From an uncultured Spirochaetota bacterium (GTDB lineage Bacteria > Spirochaetota > UBA4802 > UBA5550): a stretch of 64,000 nt of DNA. Below, one piece after another: positions 10,843 through 20,423 of this stretch. The DNA is taken from contig CAWHAA010000010.1 of assembly GCA_963827275.1 (NCBI GenBank), forward strand, positions 288,001-352,000. Direction: 5' to 3'. A program made the position numbers and the translations under genes. Under the pieces are notes generated by a model. It saw only the letters and a program-made list of their open reading frames with translations, ran no database searches and was not told the origin of the DNA. The stretch's first letter is position 1. Each line of letters begins with the position of its first letter.

Positions 10843-10936
10843 ACGTCCTTACTCCCCTGTTTCCTGCCGTCATGCGGCGCCGGGAAGCGCTCCTTCCGGC
10901 CCTGCCCGGTGCGGCGCGGCCGGCCCACGGGCGGCC

Positions 10937-11593
10937 TCATGACGTGATTATATTCCCGCCGGGCCATGAAAGACATGCCAGCGGCTTCCCGTATATCACG
11001 CCGGCATCGATCCCGATGATGTTCCTCCGCTCGTCTCGGTACGCGGGCCCGGTGCCGCTGATTGCCATGACCGGGGTATGGCCGAAAATGACCGTCTTCT
11101 CCCAGCGCTTGTCCGCGCGATAAAACTCTTCACGGATCCAGAGCAGGTCAAATTCCTCCTGCCCCTCGAGGCCGGCGGCCCCCGGGTTGAGCCCCGCGTG
11201 CACCGCGATAAAATCGTCGCCCTCGTAATAGAGGTCGAGGCTGTTAAAAAACTCCAGGTGTTGTTCCGGCAGATGAAAGCCGCCGCCGCGCAGGGTATAG
11301 CTCCTGATCGTGGCGTCGCCGCCGTTCATGATATAGGAGCCCCCGTGGTCCTCGCCGCCCAGGTATTTCAGCAGCATATCTTCATGGTTCCCCTTGAGGA
11401 AGACGCTCCTGAACGCGTTGACCCGGGAGACCTTGATCAGAAAATCAACGACATCATATGACTGGGGACCGCGGTCGATGTAGTCCCCCAGGAAAATGAT
11501 GGTATCCTCCTGCCGTATGACCCCCATCAGCGTGTCATAGAGTGCGGCAAGCTTGTTGTAATATCCGTGTATGTCGCCGATTATGTAAAACAA
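10937..11593 (-). CDS. Metallophosphoesterase (PrpA/ApaH-like Ser/Thr phosphatase family)
   Basis: GDIHG, GDYIDRG, GNHE, GHTP motifs. Confidence 0.92.
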   Translation of the reverse strand: MFYIIGDIHGYYNKLAALYDTLMGVIRQEDTIIFLGDYIDRGPQSYDVVDFLIKVSRVNAFRSVFLKGNHEDMLLKYLGGEDHGGSYIMNGGDATIRSYTLRGGGFHLPEQHLEFFNSLDLYYEGDDFIAVHAGLNPGAAGLEGQEEFDLLWIREEFYRADKRWEKTVIFGHTPVMAISGTGPAYRDERRNIIGIDAGVIYGKPLACLSWPGGNIITS

Positions 11594-11632
11594 ACCCGTC
11601 CCTCTTCAGCGCCGTCGGACAGACCGGCAGAA

Positions 11633-12577
11633 TCAGGTCTTTTCTTTTTTATCAACCCAGCGCTTTAATTCGCCGTACAGGAATATGAGCGCATTGTTCC
11701 CCTCGTCCATGGTATCGGCATCCATCACCCCGAAAATCCACTGTTTATAGTGGGAGATGACCAGATATTCCGAGCCGCTTATTATGCGTACCGCCGCCGT
11801 ATGCGTCCCGATCTTTGACAGCATGAAGGACGCGCCGCCTGCCTTCATCACCTTCTGGAATTCCTGCTCGGCGTCGAACACCGACGCCGTTTTCGCGAAG
11901 ATGACACCCTGCTTTTTCCCGCCAAGCGCGCGCCGCATGACCGAGACGTTTTTCAGCCCGGGGACCAGGTCAATCCCGTTTTTATAGTAGATAATGTCCC
12001 TGGTGGAGCGGTCGCCGGAAAAGACAAACAGCTGGTCGGGAAGGTGATCGTCGCCCGGCTGGTTTTTCAGATTGTTCGCCACTACGGAACGGAACTGCTC
12101 GGGCGCGCCGGAGTCCTGCTCATCGAGGTTCTGCCATGTTATTTTAAGGTAGTGTCTCCCCTTGCGAAAGAACAGGGACCCCTCGCGCGAATACGCGTCG
12201 TCGCCGTTGAATTGGCCCGGCTGGTCGAAGCCGCGCTCGCGGCCGTAGAGGCCGAACGAGTCGAGCGGGGAATGGAACTTTACGAGCTCCGCGCGGATGG
12301 TCCTGCCCCTGTCCGACACCCGGCAGTATTCAGCGACCGCCAGCTCCGCGGGGTCATATTCCGCATAGAAGGGGCCCGCCTGCATGATCTTCTTCAAGCT
12401 GCTCGTGCGGTACTGCCCGGTCCGCTCCCAGCCCGGGACATCGGTCTCCCGCGGCAGCTCATCGTGCAGCGTGACAATCCCCGGCACGAGGCTGCACGAC
12501 GCGATCAGGCAAATGGAGGCGAGGAGCGCCGCCCGGCAGGCGGCGCCGCCGCGCCCGATGACAGTATGTCCAGGCAT
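11633..12577 (-). CDS. DUF6599-like lipoprotein
   Basis: Lipobox LIASC; PGW...DSFGLY..ER...FFRKGRHYLKI pattern recalled from DUF6599 proteins. Confidence 0.6.
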   Translation of the reverse strand: MPGHTVIGRGGAACRAALLASICLIASCSLVPGIVTLHDELPRETDVPGWERTGQYRTSSLKKIMQAGPFYAEYDPAELAVAEYCRVSDRGRTIRAELVKFHSPLDSFGLYGRERGFDQPGQFNGDDAYSREGSLFFRKGRHYLKITWQNLDEQDSGAPEQFRSVVANNLKNQPGDDHLPDQLFVFSGDRSTRDIIYYKNGIDLVPGLKNVSVMRRALGGKKQGVIFAKTASVFDAEQEFQKVMKAGGASFMLSKIGTHTAAVRIISGSEYLVISHYKQWIFGVMDADTMDEGNNALIFLYGELKRWVDKKEKT

Positions 12578-12633
12578 AGGCAGTTCCGTTTACATCCAAT
12601 ATACTCCGCGCCGGCGCGGAAAAAAAGCATTTT

Positions 12634-13611
12634 TCACCTGCCCGCAGACTTCGGGTCTATCGCTTCCTGCAGGCCCTCTCCCACCAGGTTGTAGGCCGTG
12701 ATCGTGATAAAGATCGCGAAGCCCGGGATGAAGGTCAGCCACCAGGCGAAATCCATGAAGTCCCTCGACTGCGACAGGATGTCGCCCCAGCTCGGCGTCG
12801 GCGGCTGTACCCCGAATCCGAGGAAGCTCAGGGACGATTCAATCAGGATCGTCGAGGCGATCCCGAAGGTGGCGGAGACCAGCACCGGCGCGAGTGAATT
12901 GGGCAATATATGCCGGACGATGATCCAGGCGTCCCGCGCCCCCACGGCCCGCGAAGCCGACACGAAATCCATCTCGCGCAATTTCATGAATTCGCCCCGT
13001 ACGATCCGCGCGATCCCGGGCCAGCTGGTGATGCCGATGACCACCATCACGCTCAGCAGGCTCGGCCCCCACAGGGCGAGTATCGTCAGTATCAGGAAAA
13101 ACGTGGGGAAGCACATGATGATCTCGATAAAGCGCGATATGACGATGTCGATCCACCCGCCGTAGTAGCCGGCGATGGACCCGATGAGGATGCCGATCGC
13201 CACGTAGAGCGCCACCGCGATGAAGCCGATGAAGATCGACACCCTGCTCCCGTGTATCATGCGCGCCAGCAGGTCCCTCCCCTGCTCGTCGGTCCCCAGG
13301 AGGTGCTTTTTCCCCGGACCGGTCACTATCGAATTCAGGTCGTACTCCGAGTAGGAATACCTGACCGGCGGAAATAGCTTGAAGCCCGTGAACTCGTCTT
13401 TCCGCAGGTCCTTGTCCCTCAATTCCCGGTAATCATAGAATATCGGGAAATAGACGCTGCCGTTTGTTACATAGAGATAGGGCTTATGGTTCGCCAGGAG
13501 CGGCGCGATCACGGCGACCGTGATAAGCCCGATGACCACGCACAGGCCGGCGAACGCAAGCCGGTTCTTCCTGAATTCCCGCCATACCACTGACCAGTAG
13601 CCGCGTCTCAT
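12634..13611 (-). CDS. Peptide/nickel ABC transporter permease (OppC/DppC-like)
   Basis: LLGTDEQGRD, EAA-loop (SASRAVGA), ESSLSFLG. Confidence 0.93.
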   Translation of the reverse strand: MRRGYWSVVWREFRKNRLAFAGLCVVIGLITVAVIAPLLANHKPYLYVTNGSVYFPIFYDYRELRDKDLRKDEFTGFKLFPPVRYSYSEYDLNSIVTGPGKKHLLGTDEQGRDLLARMIHGSRVSIFIGFIAVALYVAIGILIGSIAGYYGGWIDIVISRFIEIIMCFPTFFLILTILALWGPSLLSVMVVIGITSWPGIARIVRGEFMKLREMDFVSASRAVGARDAWIIVRHILPNSLAPVLVSATFGIASTILIESSLSFLGFGVQPPTPSWGDILSQSRDFMDFAWWLTFIPGFAIFITITAYNLVGEGLQEAIDPKSAGR

Positions 13612-14609
13612 AGCTTCGCCTCCAGCCGGATGCGGGGGTCAACCAGGGAGTAGACCAGGTCGGCGAGAAGAATGCCGACGAGCGTGAGCACCGCCGCGAT
13701 GGTCGTTATCGCCATGATGACCGGTATGTCCCGCGAGAGGATGGCCTCGAAGGAGAGCATACCGATGCCCGGGATTGAAAAGATCGATTCGACGATGACC
13801 GTGCCCCCCAGGAGGCCCGGAAGGAGCGTCGCCATCAGCGTGACCAGGGGGATCAGGCTGTTGCGGAACGCGTGGACGAAGACCACCTTTTTTTCCGACA
13901 GGCCCTTGGCGCGGGCGGTCATGATGTACTGCTGGTTGATCACCTCGAGCATGTTCGCCCTGGTGTACCGCGACAGGAAGGCGAACTCCGCGTAGGTGAG
14001 CGTTATCACCGGGAGGACCAGGTGCCAGCAGAAATCGAGGGCCCTGAGAAGCGGGCCCGCCCCCTCGGCCCAGTCGGAATGTATCCCCCCGAGGGGGAAG
14101 AGGTTGAGATACTCCCCGCTCCCGAAATAGAGCAGGAGCAGGAGGGCGATCCAGAAATGCGGGAGCGAGTAGAGCACGAACAGTATGAGGCTCGAAAAGC
14201 GGTCATAGGCCGAGCCCTTCTTCACCGCGGAGAGTATGCCCATGGGTATCGATATGAGATAGATGATGATCATGGTGATGATGTTCAGGGTCAGCGTGAT
14301 CGGGAGCGCGTCGGCGATGCGGCGCGCGACCGGCCTGCCGTCTTTTCTCGACGTGCCGAAATCGAGCCGGACGAATTTCCAGAGCCACTCCGCGTACCCC
14401 AGCACGATGGGCCGGTCAAGGCCGTACAGCTTCTTTTCCTGCTCAAGGATCTCCCTGGAAATAGACCCTGATTTCAGCGCCCCCTCCATCCCGAGCTGGA
14501 GCTTCGTGTAGTCGCCCGGCGCGAGCCGGATCATCAGGTAGGTGATGAACGTGATGCCCAGGAGCGTCGGGATGATGAGGAGGACCCTCTTTATGATATA
14601 TTTCTTCAT
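13608..14609 (-). CDS. Peptide/nickel ABC transporter permease (OppB/DppB-like)
   Basis: YIIKRVLLIIPTL, TARAKGL, HAFRNSL, DPRIR; ATGA overlap with the upstream binding-protein gene. Confidence 0.93.
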   Translation of the reverse strand: MKKYIIKRVLLIIPTLLGITFITYLMIRLAPGDYTKLQLGMEGALKSGSISREILEQEKKLYGLDRPIVLGYAEWLWKFVRLDFGTSRKDGRPVARRIADALPITLTLNIITMIIIYLISIPMGILSAVKKGSAYDRFSSLILFVLYSLPHFWIALLLLLYFGSGEYLNLFPLGGIHSDWAEGAGPLLRALDFCWHLVLPVITLTYAEFAFLSRYTRANMLEVINQQYIMTARAKGLSEKKVVFVHAFRNSLIPLVTLMATLLPGLLGGTVIVESIFSIPGIGMLSFEAILSRDIPVIMAITTIAAVLTLVGILLADLVYSLVDPRIRLEAKL

Positions 14610-16216
14610 TGCGCGCCCCGCACCCTCCACTCGACAAAATTCATCCCCTTCTTGTGCACCGTTACGTTATCGAACCTCCTGCTCACCGCCGCAAGGGCCG
14701 GCATGGTGTAGAGGAAGGTATAGGGCTGCTCGTTGTGCAATATTTCATGAAAGCGCCGGTACATCTTCACCCGCTTCGCGTCGTTGAACTCCTGGCGGGC
14801 CGCTTCGATGATGGCGTCGGCTTCAGGATTGCTGAAACCGATATAATTCGACCCGCCCCTGATCTGCGAAGAATGCCAGATCTGGTAGGGATCGTCCTGG
14901 AAATCGGGGTCCGACCAGCCGAGGCTCGTCGCGTCGAAGTTCCTGCTCTGTATCTTGTCGAGGAACACCGCCCATTCGTAGCGGTTGATCTCCATCTCGA
15001 TGCCGACCTTCGCGAAATCTTCCTTTAGAATGCTGGTCAGGCGCTCCGCGAACTTGCTCCCGGATGATATCGTGAAGGTAAAAGAAAACTTTTTCCCGTT
15101 GCGGTCAAGTATGCCGTCGCCGTCATGGTCCTCCCAGCCCGCCTCTTTCAGGAGCTGTTTCGCCCGCGCCGGGTCATAGGGCCAGGGCTTCAGGTCCCTG
15201 TTGTAGCTGTCGCCGAATATATAGAACGGGCCGGTGACGACTTCCCCCAGGCCGAAGAGGAGCTTGTCGAGGATGTCTCTCCTGTTGACAAGGTGCGTCA
15301 TGGCGAGCCGGACCCTCCTGTCGCTGAAAAAGGGCCGGGCCTGGTTCCAGCCGATATAGCTGAACGACGAGAGATAGTACTTCTTCTTGTAGAATTGCCC
15401 GTTGAACTTCTCTGAATTGGTCTGGCGCACCCATTCAATCTCGCGCACCCCCACCACGTCCAGGTCGCCCTTTTTAAGCATCTGCAGGGCAATGCTCGGC
15501 TCGGCAATAAACTTGTACACCACCCTGCGTATTTCAGGCTTTTTCCCCCGGTACCGCTCGTTCGCGACCAGCGTGATGTTTTTCCCGGTGGACCATGAAT
15601 CGAAGCGGAACGGCCCGGTCCCGACCGGGCGGCGGTTGTTCGGGTGCGTATTGAAATCGACGCCCGTATTAAAGATATGCTTTGGCACGATCGGCATGCC
15701 CCCGCAGAAAATGAGCGCGAGGTAATAGGGCCGTGAATACACGAACTCCACCGTATAGCGGTCGATTTTCATGCAGCTTTTGATGTCTATGTAATACACC
15801 TTGAGCTGGGCACAGGCCACCTTCGGGTCCTTGATCATCCGGTAGGAGTACACCACGTCGTCCGCGGTAAATTCCTTTCCGTCGCTCCAGAGAACGTTCT
15901 TTTTCAGGTAAAACCGGTACGTAAGCCTGTCGGACGACACCTCCCACCGTTGCGCGAGCTGCGGCATCACCTCGAGGGTATCGTAGTCGCGGTCAAGCAG
16001 CGTCTCATAGATGCGCAGGTTGATGGAATGGGAATAGGCGTCGGTCGCCGTTATCGGGTTGAGCGTGCCCGGCTCCGCGCCCATGTGCATGTAAATGGTA
16101 TAGGGATCCTTCGCGGGCGCGAATTTCGAACAGCCGGCAATGACCGCTCCGGCCAGCAGAAGCAGGAGTATGACCGGACAGCTCTTTTTCAATCGAAACG
16201 TCATCCCGTGATTCAC
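14606..16216 (-). CDS. Peptide ABC transporter substrate-binding lipoprotein (family 5)
   Basis: Lipobox IAGC; TLNP, WSDGKEFTADDV, PVGTGPF; start could be 16204. Confidence 0.93.
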   Translation of the reverse strand: MNHGMTFRLKKSCPVILLLLLAGAVIAGCSKFAPAKDPYTIYMHMGAEPGTLNPITATDAYSHSINLRIYETLLDRDYDTLEVMPQLAQRWEVSSDRLTYRFYLKKNVLWSDGKEFTADDVVYSYRMIKDPKVACAQLKVYYIDIKSCMKIDRYTVEFVYSRPYYLALIFCGGMPIVPKHIFNTGVDFNTHPNNRRPVGTGPFRFDSWSTGKNITLVANERYRGKKPEIRRVVYKFIAEPSIALQMLKKGDLDVVGVREIEWVRQTNSEKFNGQFYKKKYYLSSFSYIGWNQARPFFSDRRVRLAMTHLVNRRDILDKLLFGLGEVVTGPFYIFGDSYNRDLKPWPYDPARAKQLLKEAGWEDHDGDGILDRNGKKFSFTFTISSGSKFAERLTSILKEDFAKVGIEMEINRYEWAVFLDKIQSRNFDATSLGWSDPDFQDDPYQIWHSSQIRGGSNYIGFSNPEADAIIEAARQEFNDAKRVKMYRRFHEILHNEQPYTFLYTMPALAAVSRRFDNVTVHKKGMNFVEWRVRGAQ

Positions 16217-16376
16217 CCGATATGGATTCCACCATGCAATAGATCGTTTTACAATGAGACATACTACAGGGAACGAAACAGACTGTCAAGAAGGATTGGG
16301 GAACGGCATGTCCAGATGAGATTCATCGTGTCCGGCGGGCTGTTCCCGGATGATCAGGAATTCCATGTATAATAAT

Positions 16377-16416
16377 CGGGCCTCACGTGAATTCGATCAT
16401 CTTCACATGAGGCCCG
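16377..16416 (-). terminator. Hairpin, probable terminator of the upstream minus-strand gene
   Basis: CGGGCCTCACGTGAA / TTCACATGAGGCCCG, 14 of 15 complementary, AT-rich tail on the minus strand. Confidence 0.55.
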
Positions 16417-16456
16417 TTCTGACGCGAAACGTTACCGGCCGGGGGCCGTGAATTAT

Positions 16457-17254
16457 TTACTTTCTTCCCGGCCCGTCACCCCTTCCTTCATGTTTTTCGC
16501 CGGACCGCCCCCTCTCTTCCTGCCGGCCATGCGACGGGTTCGCCGGTCCCTGTTGTTTCTGCCGCTGCAGCTGCTGTTTCTGTTCCTTCCGTTCCTGCTG
16601 CCGCAGTTTTTTCTCAGCCTGGGCCTGACGCTTCTGCCGCTGCAGCTGCAGTTTCTGCTCCTTCCGTTCCTGCAACTGACGTTTCTTCTGCTCCTGCAAC
16701 CTCAACTGCTGCCGCCGGGCCTCCTCCCGCTGATGATATTGCTTTTCCCTCTGATTTCTGAGCTTATACCGCTCGTCCTCGTGTCCGGGTCTATATCCAT
16801 CGACGTCCCAGACCCTGACCTTTTCCCAATTGCGGCCATCATACCAGATCTTCCAGTTCTGCTGGAGCCTCTGGTGAGGGATCCGCTCATACTTCCATGC
16901 GTGTCCGCGCCATTCACGTTTCTTGAAGTGCCCCCTCCACTCCGGGTCAACATCAAAATAAAATTTCGGGACACCGCCGTAACGCGCCCAGTCGCGGTCA
17001 TAATGGTATGATTTATACCAGCGGCCTTCCCACAGGCGCCACCAGAGGCCGTTCCAGAAAAAGATATCTTCAGCCAGATCGGGAACGGCATACACATCGT
17101 GGGTATCAGGGATCACGATGACTTCGGGGGGCGCATTAAATACGATCCGCGGCGGCAGGGAAATATTGACACGCACGTCCACCTCCGCCATCACCGGCAC
17201 CGCAAGCGAGATAAGCAGCCCCGCAAGGAGCGCTCCAGAGAATAAGTGTTTCAT
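16457..17254 (-). CDS. Exported hypothetical protein, Trp/Pro-rich domain with Gln/Arg/Lys-rich repetitive tail
   Basis: GGAGG RBS, signal peptide ending VMA, FFWNGLWWRLWEGRWY segment, low-complexity C-terminus. Confidence 0.8.
   Translation of the reverse strand: MKHLFSGALLAGLLISLAVPVMAEVDVRVNISLPPRIVFNAPPEVIVIPDTHDVYAVPDLAEDIFFWNGLWWRLWEGRWYKSYHYDRDWARYGGVPKFYFDVDPEWRGHFKKREWRGHAWKYERIPHQRLQQNWKIWYDGRNWEKVRVWDVDGYRPGHEDERYKLRNQREKQYHQREEARRQQLRLQEQKKRQLQERKEQKLQLQRQKRQAQAEKKLRQQERKEQKQQLQRQKQQGPANPSHGRQEERGRSGEKHEGRGDGPGRK
16557..16673. repeat. Intragenic direct repeat, two 42-bp copies with 75-bp period
   Basis: 16557-16598 and 16632-16673 differ at 2 positions and encode QERKEQK(L/Q)QLQRQK. 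Confidence 0.85.
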
Positions 17255-17646
17255 CCTGTTTCCTCCATATTATTATCTCTTAAATTAATCGTTTCCCGTA
17301 ACAGGTCATGAATTACAAGAAACCATGCCGGGCCTGTTACATATGGGGTTAGACCCTCCACGAAACAAAAAAGTACCGCATACTTGAAAAAATTTCACGC
17401 ATTGCTAAAAATACGAGAAAAAGTAGATGAATTTTTTAAACCCTTACTCCTGCCCCTTTTTGTATTGAAAAAAGCCATACAATGTCCTAAACTGGTTCAC
17501 ATGTTCCGGCACGTTCACCGGAAGTGCCCTGACGGCATTTGGTGGGGCTGTCGAACCGCAGCTCACGCAATGCTCATCGTGTCCCCGGGCTTGGTCCTGA
17601 CGAGGTTGCACAGTACTGAACAGAAAAAGGTTGCGAGGATATACTC

Positions 17647-17943
17647 ATGGAAAACAAAAATAAACTATCTAAAAGACAGTTTCTGCTCATGGCCGGTCCG
17701 GCGATCTTCCTTGCATGTGCGGCGGTAATCATGTCATGCGGCGGAGACGAGGGAGGCACCATGACCAGGGGAGCAGACATTAAATGCGCGGAATGCCCCA
17801 TGCGGGCACGCTACGACCGGGACCCGAAATCGTTACTGAGCCGCCTGTGGAAATGGCATACGAAGTGGTGCCCCGGCTGGAAATCGTACCTTGCGTCCCT
17901 GCCGGAGGACGAGCGGAAAAAGGTCATTGAGCACTACCAATAG
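17647..17943 (+). CDS. Small Cys/His/Trp-rich hypothetical protein; alternative start at 17761
   Basis: CAECP...WKWHTKWCPGW; RBS-like GAGG before 17647 and GGAGG before 17761. Confidence 0.7.
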   Translation: MENKNKLSKRQFLLMAGPAIFLACAAVIMSCGGDEGGTMTRGADIKCAECPMRARYDRDPKSLLSRLWKWHTKWCPGWKSYLASLPEDERKKVIEHYQ

Positions 17944-17965
17944 CTCCGGACGGGGCATGGCCCTC

Positions 17966-18826
17966 TCAGGGATAATCCACGCCGGTAAGTCGCGCGCTCT
18001 TCTCCCATAGAACAGCCCCGATTTGCCGGCCGCCGCGGAGCCTCGGCTCCTTCCTTTTCATGAAGCGGAAATATCCGCCGCTTGTCCCTTCCATCTCCGG
18101 CGATGAGGCGAGGTGTATGGCAGTACGGGCCGCCCGCGAGGCGGAAGGAAAGACCCGGCCGATGACCGCGTGCGCGATCGCGGGGACGAGGCCCGGCTTG
18201 TTTGCGATATTGGTGGCCATGGGCCCGGGGTCGAGGGCGTTGACCGTGACGCCGGTCCCCCCGAGCCTGCGCGCCAGCTCCGCGTTGAAATGCAGCACGG
18301 CGAGCTTTGAGCGGCCGTAGGCCATCGAAAAGGAATATTTTTTTCCGCTCCCGTCAATATCAGCGGGATCGATTGCCGCGATCATGTGCGCGTCGGACCC
18401 CACGTTCACGACGCGGGCGGGCGCGGAGGCGATCATGCGGGGCAGCAGAAGCAGGGTGAACTGAAACATGGCGAGATAATTCACCGCGAAGGTCTCCTCT
18501 ATGCCGTCGGCGGAGAGGCCGCGGTAGCGGCACACCAGCCCCGCGTTGTTCACCAGCACATGGAGCGGCCGGTCCCACGAAAGGAACTCCGCCGCGCCTT
18601 TTTCGATCTCCTTCCGCGAGGCGAAGTCACAGGAGATGGCTTTCGGCCGCTTCCCGGTCAGGGACAGTATCCTCTCCCGCGCGGCATCGCAGTCGCCCGG
18701 CCGGGGGCCGTGGAGGACCACCTCGGCGCCCATGAGCGCGAGGGCCTCGGCCACCGCCTGTCCGTGCCCGCTCGATGAGCCGGTTATGAGGCAGGTCTTG
18801 CCCGCCATGGTCTTTTCTTCGTTCAT
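17966..18826 (-). CDS. Short-chain dehydrogenase/reductase (retinol-dehydrogenase-like)
   Basis: TGSSSGHG, NNAG, YGRSK (YxxxK). Confidence 0.92.
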   Translation of the reverse strand: MNEEKTMAGKTCLITGSSSGHGQAVAEALALMGAEVVLHGPRPGDCDAARERILSLTGKRPKAISCDFASRKEIEKGAAEFLSWDRPLHVLVNNAGLVCRYRGLSADGIEETFAVNYLAMFQFTLLLLPRMIASAPARVVNVGSDAHMIAAIDPADIDGSGKKYSFSMAYGRSKLAVLHFNAELARRLGGTGVTVNALDPGPMATNIANKPGLVPAIAHAVIGRVFPSASRAARTAIHLASSPEMEGTSGGYFRFMKRKEPRLRGGRQIGAVLWEKSARLTGVDYP

Positions 18827-19011
18827 ACAACGCTCCCCGTGATCCATGATGTATCCCGCGCCGTCCGGGAACTGAATACTATTTTGACGCCTGTGTCCAG
18901 CGTATTTTATGGTATGCGTTCGTTACGTTCCGCGAATACGGACATACTGCCGGGCATGCGTTGCTAAAAAATATATTGTACTTTTTTCACCGGTCCCCCA
19001 TGCTCAGTTCC

Positions 19012-19731
19012 ATGCACGACGGAACTGCAACAGCGGGAACACCGGGTATGAGGGTGGTGGTGATCGAACCGGGAGGTCCCGTCAATGTCGGGTCGATCGC
19101 CCGGGTCATGGCCAATTTCGGCTTCAGCGACCTGGTGCTCGTGGCCCCGGCCGACATACAGGATGATGACGGCAGGGGCTCCCGTGTCGCCATGGGCGGG
19201 ACCGGAGTCTATAATGCCCGACGCGTCGTCGGCACGCTCGGGGAAGCGCTGGACGGGTGCGGCCTGGTGATCGGCGCGACAAGAAGGGCGCGAAGCGACG
19301 AAACCTGCGTCGATTTCAGGGAGGCCGCGGCCATTGCCTCCTTCAAGATGGCGACAACGAGGGTCGCCCTGCTCCTGGGCCGCGAGCGGGACGGGCTGTC
19401 CCGCGAAGAGCGGGGCCTGTGCCATGTCCTGGCCAGGATCCCCACGGTCCCGGGACCGGCCGGGTCGCTGAACATCTCCCATGCCGCGGCCCTTTTTCTG
19501 TGCGAGATCTTCAGCGGGCCGCCCGCTGCCGACGACAGGCCGGCCGCCGATACCGGCGCCCTCGCCGCCGAATTCGACAATCTCTTCACGCGAAGCGGCG
19601 TCGGGGAGGAGAACGGCAGGGCGCAGGTTATCTTCAGGGGCCTGGTGGAACGTTCAGGTATCACGGCCGCGGAAGCGCGCCTCCTGGAACGGTGCTTCAG
19701 GTTTTTCGGCTCGAGAATCAGGCAAAAATAA
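19012..19731 (+). CDS. TrmJ/LasT family SPOUT RNA methyltransferase
   Basis: NVGSIARVMANFG, GRERDGL, SLNISHA; start uncertain (19000/19012/19048). Confidence 0.85.
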   Translation: MHDGTATAGTPGMRVVVIEPGGPVNVGSIARVMANFGFSDLVLVAPADIQDDDGRGSRVAMGGTGVYNARRVVGTLGEALDGCGLVIGATRRARSDETCVDFREAAAIASFKMATTRVALLLGRERDGLSREERGLCHVLARIPTVPGPAGSLNISHAAALFLCEIFSGPPAADDRPAADTGALAAEFDNLFTRSGVGEENGRAQVIFRGLVERSGITAAEARLLERCFRFFGSRIRQK

Positions 19732-19747
19732 ATACAGGGGGTTTGCA

Positions 19748-20317
19748 ATGAAGATACTCGGCATCATGGGAAGCCCGCGGGTCGGAGGCAACAGCGACAT
19801 CCTCCTTGATGACGCCCTGGCCGGAGCTGAAAAGGCCGGCGCGCTGGTGGAAAAAATTATCCTGGATAAAAAGAAAATCGCCGGGTGCAGGGACTGCAGG
19901 AAATGCAACGAAACCGGCCGGTGCGTCCTGAAGGACGATATGCCTGAAATCCACACGAAGATACTGGAAGCGGACGCCATCATCCACAGCGTGCCGGTCT
20001 ATTTCTGGTCCATGACCGCGCAGATGAAAGCGTACCTGGACCGGTGGTGCGCCCTCTTTGACGCGGAATGGAAATGGCACAAGGAGTACCGGCCGAGGAT
20101 GAAGGGCAAGCCGATAGGCCTGATCACGGTGTGCGGGGACACCAATGTTCACACGGCGGACCCGATAGTGCACAGCTTTAAATCAACCGTGGACATGACA
20201 GGGATGCGCTGGCTCGGGGCGGTGATGGCATCCGCAAACGGCAAGGGCGACATCCTCACCGATGAAAAGGCCAGAAAGCAGGCCCGCGAACTGGGGGAAA
20301 AGGCGGCGACGGGATGA
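19748..20317 (+). CDS. Flavodoxin-family iron-sulfur flavoprotein / NADPH-dependent FMN reductase
   Basis: GSPRVGGNS, CRDCRKC..GRC..KDD, PVYFW; start at ATG 19748. Confidence 0.9.
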   Translation: MKILGIMGSPRVGGNSDILLDDALAGAEKAGALVEKIILDKKKIAGCRDCRKCNETGRCVLKDDMPEIHTKILEADAIIHSVPVYFWSMTAQMKAYLDRWCALFDAEWKWHKEYRPRMKGKPIGLITVCGDTNVHTADPIVHSFKSTVDMTGMRWLGAVMASANGKGDILTDEKARKQARELGEKAATG

Positions 20318-20389
20318 TCGGCGAGGCCGTATCGATGAGTTACGCCCGTAGCCCTTCCGGCGACTGAGGAGCGGCACGGGGGTTTGCAT

Positions 20390-20417
20390 GGGGGGATTTT
20401 GCTGTTGAAATCCCCCC
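20390..20417. terminator. Hairpin between convergent genes
   Basis: GGGGGGATTT / AAATCCCCCC perfect 10-bp stem. Confidence 0.5.
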
Positions 20418-20423
20418 TGCGCT

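Noticed and set aside
7235..16390. 13-bp GGGCCTCACGTGA shared by two spacers (7235 and 16378); likewise GCCGGCAGCGGAA near 31244 and 50559
   Set aside because: Matches of 13 bp are expected by chance in 64 kb of GC-rich DNA
17310..17335. Sigma54-like promoter on the minus strand (and a similar one near 20372)
   Set aside because: GG-to-GC spacing is off by one base from the strict -24/-12 consensus
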